A DNA stretch of 21,177 bases from a virus (lineage: Duplodnaviria; Heunggongvirae; Uroviricota; Caudoviricetes): positions 1-21,177 of IMG/VR virus record IMGVR_UViG_2531839102_000019. One strand, written 5' to 3'. The notes under the pieces were generated by a model, which searched no databases, was not told the DNA's origin, and was given only the letters and a program-made list of their open reading frames with translations. Shown here piece after piece: positions 1-8,721 of the stretch. Made by a program: the position numbers and the translations under genes. Within the stretch, counting starts at the first letter, position 1, and every line of letters begins with the position of its first letter.

Positions 1-189
1 ATGCCGGAAAATCGCAGGATTATTCTGGATAGTAAAGAATCCTGGTTAATAATCTGTGATAGTCAGTTGGGCCATTTAATGCGCAGTATGTATCAGGGAC
101 GCCGTTTTATTCAGCTGAATCTGGAAAAATTGAAAGGGGTACATGATGTCGCCTTGCCAGTGAAATGGGAATTCACACGAAGACAGTGA
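1..189 (+). CDS. 3' portion of an upstream ORF cut by the window edge (hypothetical, possibly virion gene)
   Basis: Open frame from position 1 to a stop at 187-189 on the same strand as the downstream tail genes; no recognisable motif. Confidence 0.3.
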   Translation: MPENRRIILDSKESWLIICDSQLGHLMRSMYQGRRFIQLNLEKLKGVHDVALPVKWEFTRRQ

Positions 190-303
190 ATAGCTTTCTG
201 TATACGGGAATGGCGAAAAATGGACTGTATGGTGTGAGTGTGAAACATCTTGCGTGTGCGGAGTGATGCTTCTCGTTGCTACAGCGGCAATGATAATGCA
301 GTG

Positions 304-328
304 AAAAAAGGGGAGCAATATGCTCCCC
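304..328 (-). terminator. Intrinsic terminator-like hairpin, minus-strand orientation
   Basis: Plus strand reads AAAAAA-GGGGAGCA-ATA-TGCTCCCC; on the minus strand this is an 8-bp GC-rich stem followed by a T6 run. Confidence 0.45.
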
Positions 329-405
329 CAAACCGAAAGAAAATTGCAATAATCAATGAAGTTATTTAGTCATCATCAGAATGTCATGCAAGGCATTTTG
401 TTTCA

Positions 406-2109
406 GTGATGCCGATCGCGATTTTAGCGAATTCCATCATAAATCCCCTGATTTTTAAGCCTGAAGCAGTCAAAGGAATTTCTATGCCCTATATCGATAT
501 CACCACGATGCGTGGGATGATGCCGCGCGTTGTGACATCCATGCTGCCCGAGCATTCCGCTGTACTGGCGGAGGACTGCCATTTCCGGTTTGGTGTTATT
601 ACACCAGAACGTCAGATATCCGGGGTTGAGAAAACATTCACAATTAAGCCAAAAACAATTTTTCATTACCGTGACGATTTCTGGTTTGCATGGCCGGATG
701 TGGTGGATGTGATCCGCAGTCCGATCGCTCAGGACCCCCACGGGCGTATTTACTACACTGACGGGCGTTTTCCTAAAGTGACGGATGCGACTATTGCCAC
801 AAAAGGGGACGGGAATCACCCGACATCATCGTATCGTCTGGGGATCCCCGCGCCGACGACAGCTCCTGTCTGTACTGTTCAGCAGGGCGGTGATGTTTCT
901 GACGATAACCCGAATGATGATGAAACCCGGTTTTATACGGAAACCTTTGTCTCAGATTATGGTGAAGAAGGTCCGCCAGGTCCGGCGTCTCTGGAGGTAA
1001 CACTCCGTACTCCGGGAACTGCGGTACAACTGACGCTGGCTCCGGTGCCATTGCAGAATGCCAGTATTAAACGTCGCCGGATTTATCGCTCTGCATCAGG
1101 TGGAGGGGAGGCGGATTTTTTACTTGTGGCTGAACTGGATGCATCCGTGCTCAGTTACACGGACAAAATACCGGCGAAAAACCTTGGGCCTTCCCTGGCG
1201 ACATGGGATTACCTGCCGCCGCCAGAGAATATGACAGGCCTTTGCCTGATGGCTAACGGTATTGCCGCCGGGTTTGCCGGTAATGAAGTGATGTTTTCGG
1301 AAGCGTATCTGCCGTATGCATGGCCGGAAGTGAATCGTCACACGACGGCAGAAGATATTGTAGCTATCTGTCCGCTGGGAACGTCACTGGTGGTGGCGAC
1401 AAAGGGGGAGCCTTATTTGTTCAGTGGGGTATCACCGTCCACAATTTCTGGTTCCAAAATCCCTTCAATGCAGGCGTGTCTGAGCAGGCGGAGTATGGTT
1501 GCGATGGAGGGTTTTGTGCTGTATGCAGGAACAAATGGCCTGGTGTCTGTTGATGCAAACGGTAATGTCGCGCTGGCGACGGAACAGATTGTTTCACCGG
1601 AACAGTGGCAGAGTCAGTTTAATCCGGCCTCCATTGTGGCTTATCCCTGGCGTGGTGAATACATTGCCTGTTACACGAAACCGGATGGTAAGCAGGATGT
1701 GTTTGTATTCAGTCCGGTGAACATGGATATCCGTTATCTCAGTACACCGTTTGACTGCGCATGGGTTGATCTCGCGAAAGATATGATGCGCGTGGTGACA
1801 GGAGACAAAATGTCAGTGCTTGCCGGGGGGGCTCTGCCCTCCACGATAAGGTGGCATTCAAAAATTTTTTCATTACCTGAAAGAACCTCTTTTTCCTGTA
1901 TCAGGGTGAAATCTCCGGCGCCTGAGCGGGTGGGGATCACCATTATGGCTGATGATGTTCCTGTGATTCATTTTGCGCCGGGTACGTTTAAGGGAAGTGT
2001 GGTGAGACTTCCGGCAGCAACCGGGCAAAACTGGCAGGTGATGGTATCCGGATTCGGGCAGGTGGAACGAATAACCCTGAGTACATCAATGTCGGAGATG
2101 CCGGTATGA
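406..2109 (+). CDS. Putative phage tail fiber / host-recognition protein
   Basis: 1,704-nt ORF; alternative start ATG at 484 has AAAGGA 6 nt upstream; stop overlaps the next start (ATGA); sits directly upstream of a J-like C-terminal ORF and lom. Function is inferred from context. Confidence 0.55.
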   Translation: MMPIAILANSIINPLIFKPEAVKGISMPYIDITTMRGMMPRVVTSMLPEHSAVLAEDCHFRFGVITPERQISGVEKTFTIKPKTIFHYRDDFWFAWPDVVDVIRSPIAQDPHGRIYYTDGRFPKVTDATIATKGDGNHPTSSYRLGIPAPTTAPVCTVQQGGDVSDDNPNDDETRFYTETFVSDYGEEGPPGPASLEVTLRTPGTAVQLTLAPVPLQNASIKRRRIYRSASGGGEADFLLVAELDASVLSYTDKIPAKNLGPSLATWDYLPPPENMTGLCLMANGIAAGFAGNEVMFSEAYLPYAWPEVNRHTTAEDIVAICPLGTSLVVATKGEPYLFSGVSPSTISGSKIPSMQACLSRRSMVAMEGFVLYAGTNGLVSVDANGNVALATEQIVSPEQWQSQFNPASIVAYPWRGEYIACYTKPDGKQDVFVFSPVNMDIRYLSTPFDCAWVDLAKDMMRVVTGDKMSVLAGGALPSTIRWHSKIFSLPERTSFSCIRVKSPAPERVGITIMADDVPVIHFAPGTFKGSVVRLPAATGQNWQVMVSGFGQVERITLSTSMSEMPV

Positions 2110-3374
2110 CCAGAAAACCGTGGCGTGCGGGGAAGGATTTATCCACTGTTGTGGAGAATATGGAAATTGGCACCGGGCAGCGTGGTGACGGACGTCACGC
2201 ATTTGTGACCCGTGAGGAACTGGTTGGTCTTAAACTCGCCCGGCGTCGAACATCGGGTGGTGCCTCATATGCACTGAATCCGGGTATTGAGATTGACAGT
2301 ACTTTAATGACTGTTGATTTTCCCACAAAACCGCTGAATTTTAAGGCGACCGGTGGATTTGGCTCGGTTCTTCTTGAATGGGATATGCCTAATTATCGCG
2401 GACATTCACTGACTGAAATCTGGCGGGGTACGGAGGATGACCTTGCTGATGCAGTGCTGGTTGCCACGACGCCGGGGCAGGTTTACGGCGATCCGGTTGA
2501 CCCTGGCTGGTCGGGATTTTACTGGATACGTTTTGTTAACGCGGCAGGAGTGAAAGGTCCATGGAATGCTGAAAAAGGCACTCAGGCACAAACACAGATC
2601 GGCGTGAAGGCCATCATTGACCAGATCCGCGATGAGGCTGCAAAGTCGCCGGTTGTGTCCGAGCTGCGTAAAGAAATAAAAAACGCGCAGGGGCAGGCTG
2701 TAAAGGATGCTGCAATTAAGACAACCGAAGTTGTAGGGACTCTCAGGGAAGAAACGACAAGAACGATTGGTGGTATTGAAACCCGCATTAGCACACTGGA
2801 TTCGTCAACCAGTGAATCGCTTAATGAGGTCGACAAGCGCATCACTAAATTGGATAAAGAAGGCGGTGAAGCTTTTCTTGCAATGTGGTCAAAAAAAGCG
2901 GGAGTTGATGGTATCACTGCGGGGATCGGGATTGTCGCCGGAAAAGACAGTGAAGGCAGGCCTGTAAGTCAGGTTGCAATTTCTGCGTCGCAGTTGTTTG
3001 TCTTTGACCCGAATAATCCGGATAACACAGCCTATCCGTTTGCGGTATCAGGTGGCAAGGTAGTGATCCCGAAAGCGATGATTTATGACGCGGTGATTGA
3101 AACACTGGTGTCGCGGAAGGTTGTGGCGGATGAGGTAAAAGCCGGGGTAAGTATCACTTCGCCAGTTATCCGGAGTGCCGTTATTCAGAACGGAAACTTT
3201 CAGGTTGATTCTCAGGGTAACCTGAATATTGGAGGCCTTTTCAGTGTTACGTCACAAGGGCAACTGACAATTCGTTACTCTAATCAGAATGTAGGACTGG
3301 TGATCCGCAATGATAAAATTGAGGTTTATGACCAGAATGGACGACTGGCTGTTCGCATAGGCAGATTACGCTGA
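2106..3374 (+). CDS. Host specificity protein J-like C-terminal module with FN3-like domain
   Basis: Translation contains a fibronectin-III-like segment (LNFKATGGFGSVLLEWDMP...EIWRGTEDD...YWIRFVNAAGVKGPW), then a coiled-coil-like stretch and a beta-rich C-terminus, matching the C-terminal half of lambda J-type proteins as I remember them. Confidence 0.55.
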   Translation: MTRKPWRAGKDLSTVVENMEIGTGQRGDGRHAFVTREELVGLKLARRRTSGGASYALNPGIEIDSTLMTVDFPTKPLNFKATGGFGSVLLEWDMPNYRGHSLTEIWRGTEDDLADAVLVATTPGQVYGDPVDPGWSGFYWIRFVNAAGVKGPWNAEKGTQAQTQIGVKAIIDQIRDEAAKSPVVSELRKEIKNAQGQAVKDAAIKTTEVVGTLREETTRTIGGIETRISTLDSSTSESLNEVDKRITKLDKEGGEAFLAMWSKKAGVDGITAGIGIVAGKDSEGRPVSQVAISASQLFVFDPNNPDNTAYPFAVSGGKVVIPKAMIYDAVIETLVSRKVVADEVKAGVSITSPVIRSAVIQNGNFQVDSQGNLNIGGLFSVTSQGQLTIRYSNQNVGLVIRNDKIEVYDQNGRLAVRIGRLR

Positions 3375-3388
3375 TCAGGAGGTGAGTA

Positions 3389-3667
3389 TTGGAATACGGT
3401 TTTGCCATTTATAACAGAAATAACGTTAATGTTACGGGCGTGCTGACTCCAGTATTTTTCCTGGACAGATTTACAGCGGAGTCTGGCTCAAAGACGTACA
3501 CTAATAAACCCGACGGGAAATCATTGCAGGCTGTATGTTGTTTATTTCCCTGGAATAATGTATTTGCGGATCGGAAAGTACCGAAGATAACCATTAATGA
3601 CAATACGGTGACGTGGTCGAATCTTGAGCAGGGTATGGGATCTTATATTTATACATTCTGGGGATAA
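3389..3667 (+). CDS. Hypothetical protein, first copy of a repeated YG-x-I-Y/M-N-P-D-G domain
   Basis: TTG start 6 nt after AGGAGG; AT-rich relative to flanks; N-terminal motif MEYGFAIYNRNN recurs twice in the next ORF. Confidence 0.45.
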   Translation: MEYGFAIYNRNNVNVTGVLTPVFFLDRFTAESGSKTYTNKPDGKSLQAVCCLFPWNNVFADRKVPKITINDNTVTWSNLEQGMGSYIYTFWG

Positions 3668-3672
3668 GTGTT

Positions 3673-4290
3673 ATGTACGGTTTGAGCATTATGAAGCCGG
3701 ATGGCAGCGTATGGATAAGTCCAGGTTTTACGCCGCAGTGTCTGATCAACAAAGGCACCATACCGGCGACTGAAAAGTCTTTTTTTAAAACATCAATCCC
3801 GTCAGGCAAAAGTTGTTTTTTCTTTATCAGAACAGAGAAGAAGGCCGATGTCATGTACACGCATGAACAGATTGATGGATATCATGCACTAAGGCTTCAT
3901 GTAATTGTCAGGGGAACGAACCCTGGTGTTACGACGGTTTATGCTTTCGCGAATATGGTTACTCCACCTTCTGAGTATGGTATCGCCATGTATAACCCGG
4001 ACGGTGAGATGATTTATCATGGCGAAATGATGCTGCTTGACGCGAAGTTAATACCTGTTGATATCAAATTTGAAAAGGACCTTGGATATCCATGCGCAAT
4101 CATGCCTGCACTGGTCGGGTATTATAACTGGAAAAGAACTCCTTATGATCGACCGATTTATACCACATCCACTGGTGCTACAGGAAATAAAATATATTCC
4201 TGTGAGCATTATTCCGGTGGTGCAACATGGGATATTCGAAAGCCGTATATAGATAAGGTCCTGGTTATTAATACATCAGTATATGATTAG
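3673..4290 (+). CDS. Hypothetical protein carrying two further copies of the same domain
   Basis: ATG start 5 nt after the previous stop, in a different frame; motifs MYGLSIMKPDGS and EYGIAMYNPDGEM; AT-rich. Confidence 0.55.
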   Translation: MYGLSIMKPDGSVWISPGFTPQCLINKGTIPATEKSFFKTSIPSGKSCFFFIRTEKKADVMYTHEQIDGYHALRLHVIVRGTNPGVTTVYAFANMVTPPSEYGIAMYNPDGEMIYHGEMMLLDAKLIPVDIKFEKDLGYPCAIMPALVGYYNWKRTPYDRPIYTTSTGATGNKIYSCEHYSGGATWDIRKPYIDKVLVINTSVYD

Positions 4291-4380
4291 TTGAAGCGAG
4301 TCTTTAATATTCATTTAAAATGTCTAAAAAGATGTATTATTAAAAAGTTTAGCGTGTTATCTGAATACAGGATATCTTAA

Positions 4381-5115
4381 ATGAAGAGTATAGCAACACT
4401 GGTTGTGTGTGCAATCTCCGGGATTGCCTGTGTAAATTTATCTGCACATGCAGCAGAAGGAGAGCATACAATTTCTCTGGGGTATGCGCACTTTCAGTTT
4501 CCGGGACTGAAGGATTTTGTAAAGGATGCGACTGCTCATAACAGGGAGACTTTCAGTCATTTCGTCAACAGAAACTACTTTTCTTCATTGGGCGAATATA
4601 CAGATGGTCGGGTCAGTGGATATGAAGGCAAGGATAAAAATCCACAGGGCATTAATATCAGGTATCGCTACGAGATAACGGATGATTTTGGCGTTATCAC
4701 CTCTTTTACATGGACGCGTTCTCTCACTAACTCACAGACATTTATTGATGTGCAGTCAGCCGATCATACCAGGAAGATTAAGAATCCGGCAGCTTCTGCC
4801 AGAACGGATATCAGGGCGAATTACTGGAGTCTGTTAGCGGGGCCTTCATGGCGGGTTAATCAGTACATGAGTTTATATGCGATGGCAGGGATGGGCGTTG
4901 CTAAAGTTAGCGCTGACCTGAAAATTAAGGACAATATTAACAGTAGTGGCGGATTTTCTGAAAGCAACAGCACGAAAAAAACCTCCCTTGCGTGGGCTGC
5001 AGGTGCACAGTTTAACCTGAATGAGAGTGTTACACTGGATGTGGCTTACGAAGGTTCCGGCTCTGGCGACTGGCGCACGAGTGGCGTTACTGCTGGCATT
5101 GGCCTGAAATTCTGA
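4381..5115 (+). CDS. lom: Lom/Ail/PagC/OmpX-family outer-membrane beta-barrel protein
   Basis: N-terminal signal peptide (MKSIATLVVCAISGIACVNLSAHA); C-terminus LAWAAGAQFNLNESVTLDVAYEGSGSGDWRTSGVTAGIGLKF closely resembles the lambda Lom C-terminus as I recall it; lies downstream of tail genes as in lambda. Confidence 0.85.
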   Translation: MKSIATLVVCAISGIACVNLSAHAAEGEHTISLGYAHFQFPGLKDFVKDATAHNRETFSHFVNRNYFSSLGEYTDGRVSGYEGKDKNPQGINIRYRYEITDDFGVITSFTWTRSLTNSQTFIDVQSADHTRKIKNPAASARTDIRANYWSLLAGPSWRVNQYMSLYAMAGMGVAKVSADLKIKDNINSSGGFSESNSTKKTSLAWAAGAQFNLNESVTLDVAYEGSGSGDWRTSGVTAGIGLKF

Positions 5116-5139
5116 CCTGTATCCGGTAACCGTTTACTA

Positions 5140-5162
5140 CCCGCTGTGATGGCGGGTTTTTT
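5140..5162 (+). terminator. Rho-independent terminator after lom
   Basis: CCCGC-TGTGATG-GCGGG hairpin (extendable by an A:T pair) followed by TTTTTT. Confidence 0.7.
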
Positions 5163-5347
5163 ATTGCCCGTACAGGGCAAAAACCGTAAATTATGCGTGG
5201 GTGCCTTTCGGCTGATGGCTGGAGGGTGAACCTGAAGGCCTGATGTGGAAAGGCCCCGAGTCAACTTAACGTTAACCCGAGGCCCTAACACTTCGTACCT
5301 TAAGCAAGTAGAAGGTTAGCGCCTCTCTGTAAAAGGAGTCAAGCGCT

Positions 5348-5488
5348 ATGTCGCAAAAATCGCTTATCACCGTCACAATTTGCATGACGGTTATCTTCAC
5401 CATCTGGATGTTGCACGGTTCACTGTGTGAGTTCCGGCTGAATTTGTGGGGAGCGGAGTTTGCGGCGTTCTTACAGTGTAAGCAGTAG
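5348..5488 (+). CDS. Hok/Gef-family type I toxin-like small membrane protein (46 aa)
   Basis: AAGGAG 12 nt upstream of ATG; translation MSQKSLITVTICMTVIFTIWMLHGSLCEFRLNLWGAEFAAFLQCKQ has an N-terminal transmembrane helix and the SLCE-R...G-E-AAF pattern I associate with Hok/Gef. Confidence 0.55.
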   Translation: MSQKSLITVTICMTVIFTIWMLHGSLCEFRLNLWGAEFAAFLQCKQ

Positions 5489-5497
5489 GAAAACCGC

Positions 5498-5519
5498 GAC
5501 GGGGACGAGAGTCCCCGTC
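5498..5519 (+). other. Perfect 9-bp stem-loop with GAGA loop in the 3' UTR of the Hok-like ORF
   Basis: GACGGGGAC-GAGA-GTCCCCGTC; no following U-tract, so more likely an mRNA folding/stability element than a terminator. Confidence 0.4.
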
Positions 5520-5568
5520 AACTGGTTGCTGAGGTTCAGCCGATATGGCACCCGTTTCAGGTGAGAGA

Positions 5569-5946
5569 ATGAACGATAAAATTCTCTGGTATATGCAGCG
5601 TGTTGTGAGAAATTCCCGCAACCCTGAATTTATGAATGAAGTTAAAGACGCCTGCCTTAAAAAGCAGGCGTTTTGTTTTGAGGCACCTGATGGCTTTTTG
5701 GTGCTGCGTTCTGTGCTCAGTGCTGATGGTATCCCTTATGTTCTGGTGTTGCTGGGCGTGTGTACGGGGAGTAACAGCGTTGAGCGTTACCTGCCGGAGG
5801 TGAAGACATTAACCCATCTGGCTGGCGGACGCTGGGCTGAGTTCCATACGGCAAGGCGGGGATTTATCCGGCTGGGAAAACGACTGGGCTTTGAGCGAAT
5901 GCCGGATGATGAGGATGGCTTCATGGTGTTCAGGATAGCGGTCTGA
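5569..5946 (+). CDS. Hypothetical protein (125 aa)
   Basis: ATG preceded by GGTGAGAG; ORF ends just before the terminator at 6000; no motif recognised. Confidence 0.55.
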   Translation: MNDKILWYMQRVVRNSRNPEFMNEVKDACLKKQAFCFEAPDGFLVLRSVLSADGIPYVLVLLGVCTGSNSVERYLPEVKTLTHLAGGRWAEFHTARRGFIRLGKRLGFERMPDDEDGFMVFRIAV

Positions 5947-5999
5947 CTGCTACAGTTTTCATCATTGTGTTTAAACCAACATTGTAATTCACATTCTGA

Positions 6000-6021
6000 C
6001 CCTGCTCCGGCAGGGTTTTTT
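6000..6021 (+). terminator. Rho-independent terminator
   Basis: CCCTGC-TCCG-GCAGGG followed by TTTTTT, 18 nt upstream of the next start codon. Confidence 0.7.
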
Positions 6022-6039
6022 GTTATCCAGGGGGCCATT

Positions 6040-6693
6040 ATGGGTGGAAGTAAAGGCGGTGGTGATACCAAAGTAAAACCAACAGCAGCGCAAATAGCAC
6101 AGGAAGAAGTGGCCTGGAAAGGGTGGCAGGATTACAAAAATATCCTCCGCCCGGCAGAAGATAACTTCATGGAAAAGGTCGATGACCTTAACAGTGAACA
6201 GCAGTACGAAAATATTGCTGGCACAACAAATCTTGGTTATCAGAAACAGTTTGGTGAAGCGCGGAAGGAGCTTGCGGGTAATCTTGCTCAGTCCGGCGTT
6301 GACCCATCCAGTGGTCGTTTTAATGCGGTAATGGATGCAAATCAAAGCGACCAGGTGACCGGGCAGATTGACACAACCACACGGGGGCAGGTGTCGCAGG
6401 CAGATAAATATATTGCCGGGCTACAGGATGTTGCCGCGCTCGGTTCCGGTCAGAAGGCGGATGCGTTACAGAGTTTTAACTCTCTGGCAGACAGCAGTCT
6501 GGCAAAAGCCAAATCAGATGCACAGGCGGCGTTTACGAAACAACAGGGGCGCGCCTCTCTTGTTGGCGCTGGTCTTGGCGCGGTTGGGGCTTATGCAATG
6601 CATAAGGCTGGCGGTAGCGGAAGTGGAGGCTCTAAAACGCCAGGTACCGGCGCTAACGCTATTCAGAATCGGGCTCAGAACTGGAGGCTGTAA
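6040..6693 (+). CDS. Operon gene 1: Gly/Ala/Gln-rich protein with C-terminal glycine-zipper hydrophobic segment (217 aa); putative virion-associated
   Basis: ATG at 6040 after an AGGGGG-type ribosome-binding site; the longer 5965 start would run through the terminator; C-terminus LVGAGLGAVGAYAMHKAGGSGSGG; 2-nt gap to the next gene. Confidence 0.7.
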   Translation: MGGSKGGGDTKVKPTAAQIAQEEVAWKGWQDYKNILRPAEDNFMEKVDDLNSEQQYENIAGTTNLGYQKQFGEARKELAGNLAQSGVDPSSGRFNAVMDANQSDQVTGQIDTTTRGQVSQADKYIAGLQDVAALGSGQKADALQSFNSLADSSLAKAKSDAQAAFTKQQGRASLVGAGLGAVGAYAMHKAGGSGSGGSKTPGTGANAIQNRAQNWRL

Positions 6694-6695
6694 TT

Positions 6696-7142
6696 ATGGA
6701 GTATGGCAAATACGAAACTCTCGCAAGGGCTGGTTATTCAGGCGCTGGCAGGCCATGGGGTGACTGGGAAACCTCTGCCGCGTTGACACGCCAACAATAC
6801 GACGACTGGCGCACCAGATATTTGCCTCGTATAGCAAGGCTGGCTGACCTTGGTGAGAACAACAGTCTGATGAATGCACAGCTTGCCCGGGTGGGCGGCC
6901 TTGCCACTTCCAGTCTCCGTACAGCGCAGATGGCACAGGATAACCAGATGGCGAGATACGGGGTAAACCGCCCGGATAATCCTAACAGTAACACGCTGGG
7001 TTTACGTAATGCTCTGGCAATTGCTGGCGCGAAAAATGGTATCCGTGAAGCAGAGCAGGATCGCCAGATGAACATACTGACGGGTGCTTCTGCACCTGCA
7101 AGACAGCAACTGAGTGTTGGTGGACAACTGGTGTCAGCGTAA
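6696..7142 (+). CDS. Operon gene 2: hypothetical protein (148 aa)
   Basis: Start 2 nt after the upstream stop; Ala/Arg/Gln-rich, predicted helical. Confidence 0.7.
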   Translation: MEYGKYETLARAGYSGAGRPWGDWETSAALTRQQYDDWRTRYLPRIARLADLGENNSLMNAQLARVGGLATSSLRTAQMAQDNQMARYGVNRPDNPNSNTLGLRNALAIAGAKNGIREAEQDRQMNILTGASAPARQQLSVGGQLVSA

Positions 7143-7151
7143 GGGGGACAT

Positions 7152-7403
7152 ATGGGATACGGTTTACTGGATATTGCGAATCAGTCGCGGCGTGAGGCAT
7201 TACAGGGAATAAGTGATGCCGACAGACGACGTGAAGAAATTGAGGCTGTGAACAAGCAGATGGCGGCGCAACAGAAAGCGCAGCACAAGCAGAATATCGG
7301 TACGGGAATCGGTACGGGGGCGGCTATTGGCGCATCCGTTGGTGGTCCTGTTGGCGCTGTTGCTGGTGCAGTAATTGGCGGCATTGCTGGTTCTTTGTTT
7401 TAA
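7152..7403 (+). CDS. Operon gene 3: small protein with C-terminal glycine-zipper transmembrane segment (83 aa)
   Basis: AAGGGGGA ribosome-binding site overlapping the upstream stop; C-terminus GTGIGTGAAIGASVGGPVGAVAGAVIGGIAGSLF. Confidence 0.7.
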   Translation: MGYGLLDIANQSRREALQGISDADRRREEIEAVNKQMAAQQKAQHKQNIGTGIGTGAAIGASVGGPVGAVAGAVIGGIAGSLF

Positions 7404-7413
7404 GGAGTAGTGA

Positions 7414-8676
7414 ATGAGCGGATTTGCACAGGGGTTACTTGCAGGATTCAGCACCGTTGACCAGGCAATGACCCGTCGTAAGGAGCTTGGTTTGCGAGAA
7501 GCACAGCTTGCTCAGCAACAGAAAAATAACGAGCGCGATTTTGAATTTGCGCAGTCTCAGTTTGAACATAATAAAGACGTTGATCAGCGGAACTTTGATT
7601 ACAGAGCCAAAGTTGATGACCGCAATTACGCACTGCAGGAAAGGGAGTTTAACGCCAATCAGAATTACCGGAATGCGTCACTGGGTATGGAGCAGCAGCG
7701 ACTCCAGTTGCAGAAATACAACCAGCGACGGCTTGAGTATAACGATATGCTGGCGCGCGATCAGCCTGTGATGGCTGCGCTTGGAAAGGCTGTGGATGCT
7801 GGTGATCGGGATGCGGCAATGCATCTTTACGGGCAGTTGTCAGAGGGTAATCCGCTGAGGCTGATGGCGAATGATGGCTATGCTGCGAAAGCGGGGCAGG
7901 CCGTGAACAACCTGCAAAAAATCTTTGATGACAAGCCGGACAGGGCGATCGCTTCACTCAATACCCCGGAAAGTCTTGATGCGCTTTCCGGCGTGTTTGC
8001 CCCGGAACTGCAACAGCGTATTGGCATGCCCGATTCAACCGGGAAAAAGACAATAAAAGAGGCCAGGATTGGCAGTATCGTACCGGCACAGCAGGAAGGG
8101 TACGTACTTATCGGCCTTGATCTCACATACAGCGATGGCTCCACCGCACATAAACCTGTAACAGAATACGGCAGTGCGCACCCTGATGATCAAACCGTGC
8201 TGGCGATACCCGTTGATAAGGCTATCGCTCAGGTCAGGGATCGCAGCAAATTTGCAGAGATATCGAAAAATTATGGTTATTTTATGCCGAAGCAGCAGGG
8301 ACTTTCTCTGAAAGAGCTTCAGAAGGAAGCCAGCAAAGTAGTGGCTCAGGCGATCAAGGATGGCCGTGATGCTCAGTCTGCGAAGGATGAGTTTTTTGCA
8401 GCGCATGATTCACAGCCGCATCAACAGAAAATTCAGCAACAGAAAACCCAACAGCTTTTACAGAAGTGGCAGACGTGGGCGGCGGGCGATCCGGTTAAAC
8501 AGGAGTTTGTAAAAGAGGCTGCCGCCAATGCGCCTGCTTTGCTGGAACCTGGTCGTGAAAAGGAGGTGGAAATTTATTACCAGAATCACCTCCGGGATAA
8601 AAAGGCAGAGCATGAAAAGGCGCTGGATTATAGCGCTTCCGCATCTGCCGATAAGATCAGAAGCTGGATAAAGTAA
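7414..8676 (+). CDS. Operon gene 4: Gln-rich coiled-coil-like protein (420 aa)
   Basis: GGAG ribosome-binding site then ATG 10 nt after the upstream stop; Q-rich tracts (HQQKIQQQKTQQLLQKWQTW); no enzymatic motif recognised. Confidence 0.75.
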   Translation: MSGFAQGLLAGFSTVDQAMTRRKELGLREAQLAQQQKNNERDFEFAQSQFEHNKDVDQRNFDYRAKVDDRNYALQEREFNANQNYRNASLGMEQQRLQLQKYNQRRLEYNDMLARDQPVMAALGKAVDAGDRDAAMHLYGQLSEGNPLRLMANDGYAAKAGQAVNNLQKIFDDKPDRAIASLNTPESLDALSGVFAPELQQRIGMPDSTGKKTIKEARIGSIVPAQQEGYVLIGLDLTYSDGSTAHKPVTEYGSAHPDDQTVLAIPVDKAIAQVRDRSKFAEISKNYGYFMPKQQGLSLKELQKEASKVVAQAIKDGRDAQSAKDEFFAAHDSQPHQQKIQQQKTQQLLQKWQTWAAGDPVKQEFVKEAAANAPALLEPGREKEVEIYYQNHLRDKKAEHEKALDYSASASADKIRSWIK

Positions 8677-8721
8677 AAGTATGCGGCAGTAACGCGCTCC
8701 CCGTTAATATCGTTCACTTAC

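Noticed and set aside
424-819. 131-aa minus-strand ORF
   Set aside because: Entirely antisense to the longer tail-protein ORF 406-2109; no ribosome-binding site or family features; treated as a shadow ORF.
5965-6039. Longer N-terminal extension of operon gene 1 (start at 5965)
   Set aside because: It would be translated through the terminator hairpin at 6000-6021 and lacks a ribosome-binding site; ATG 6040 has a G-rich one.
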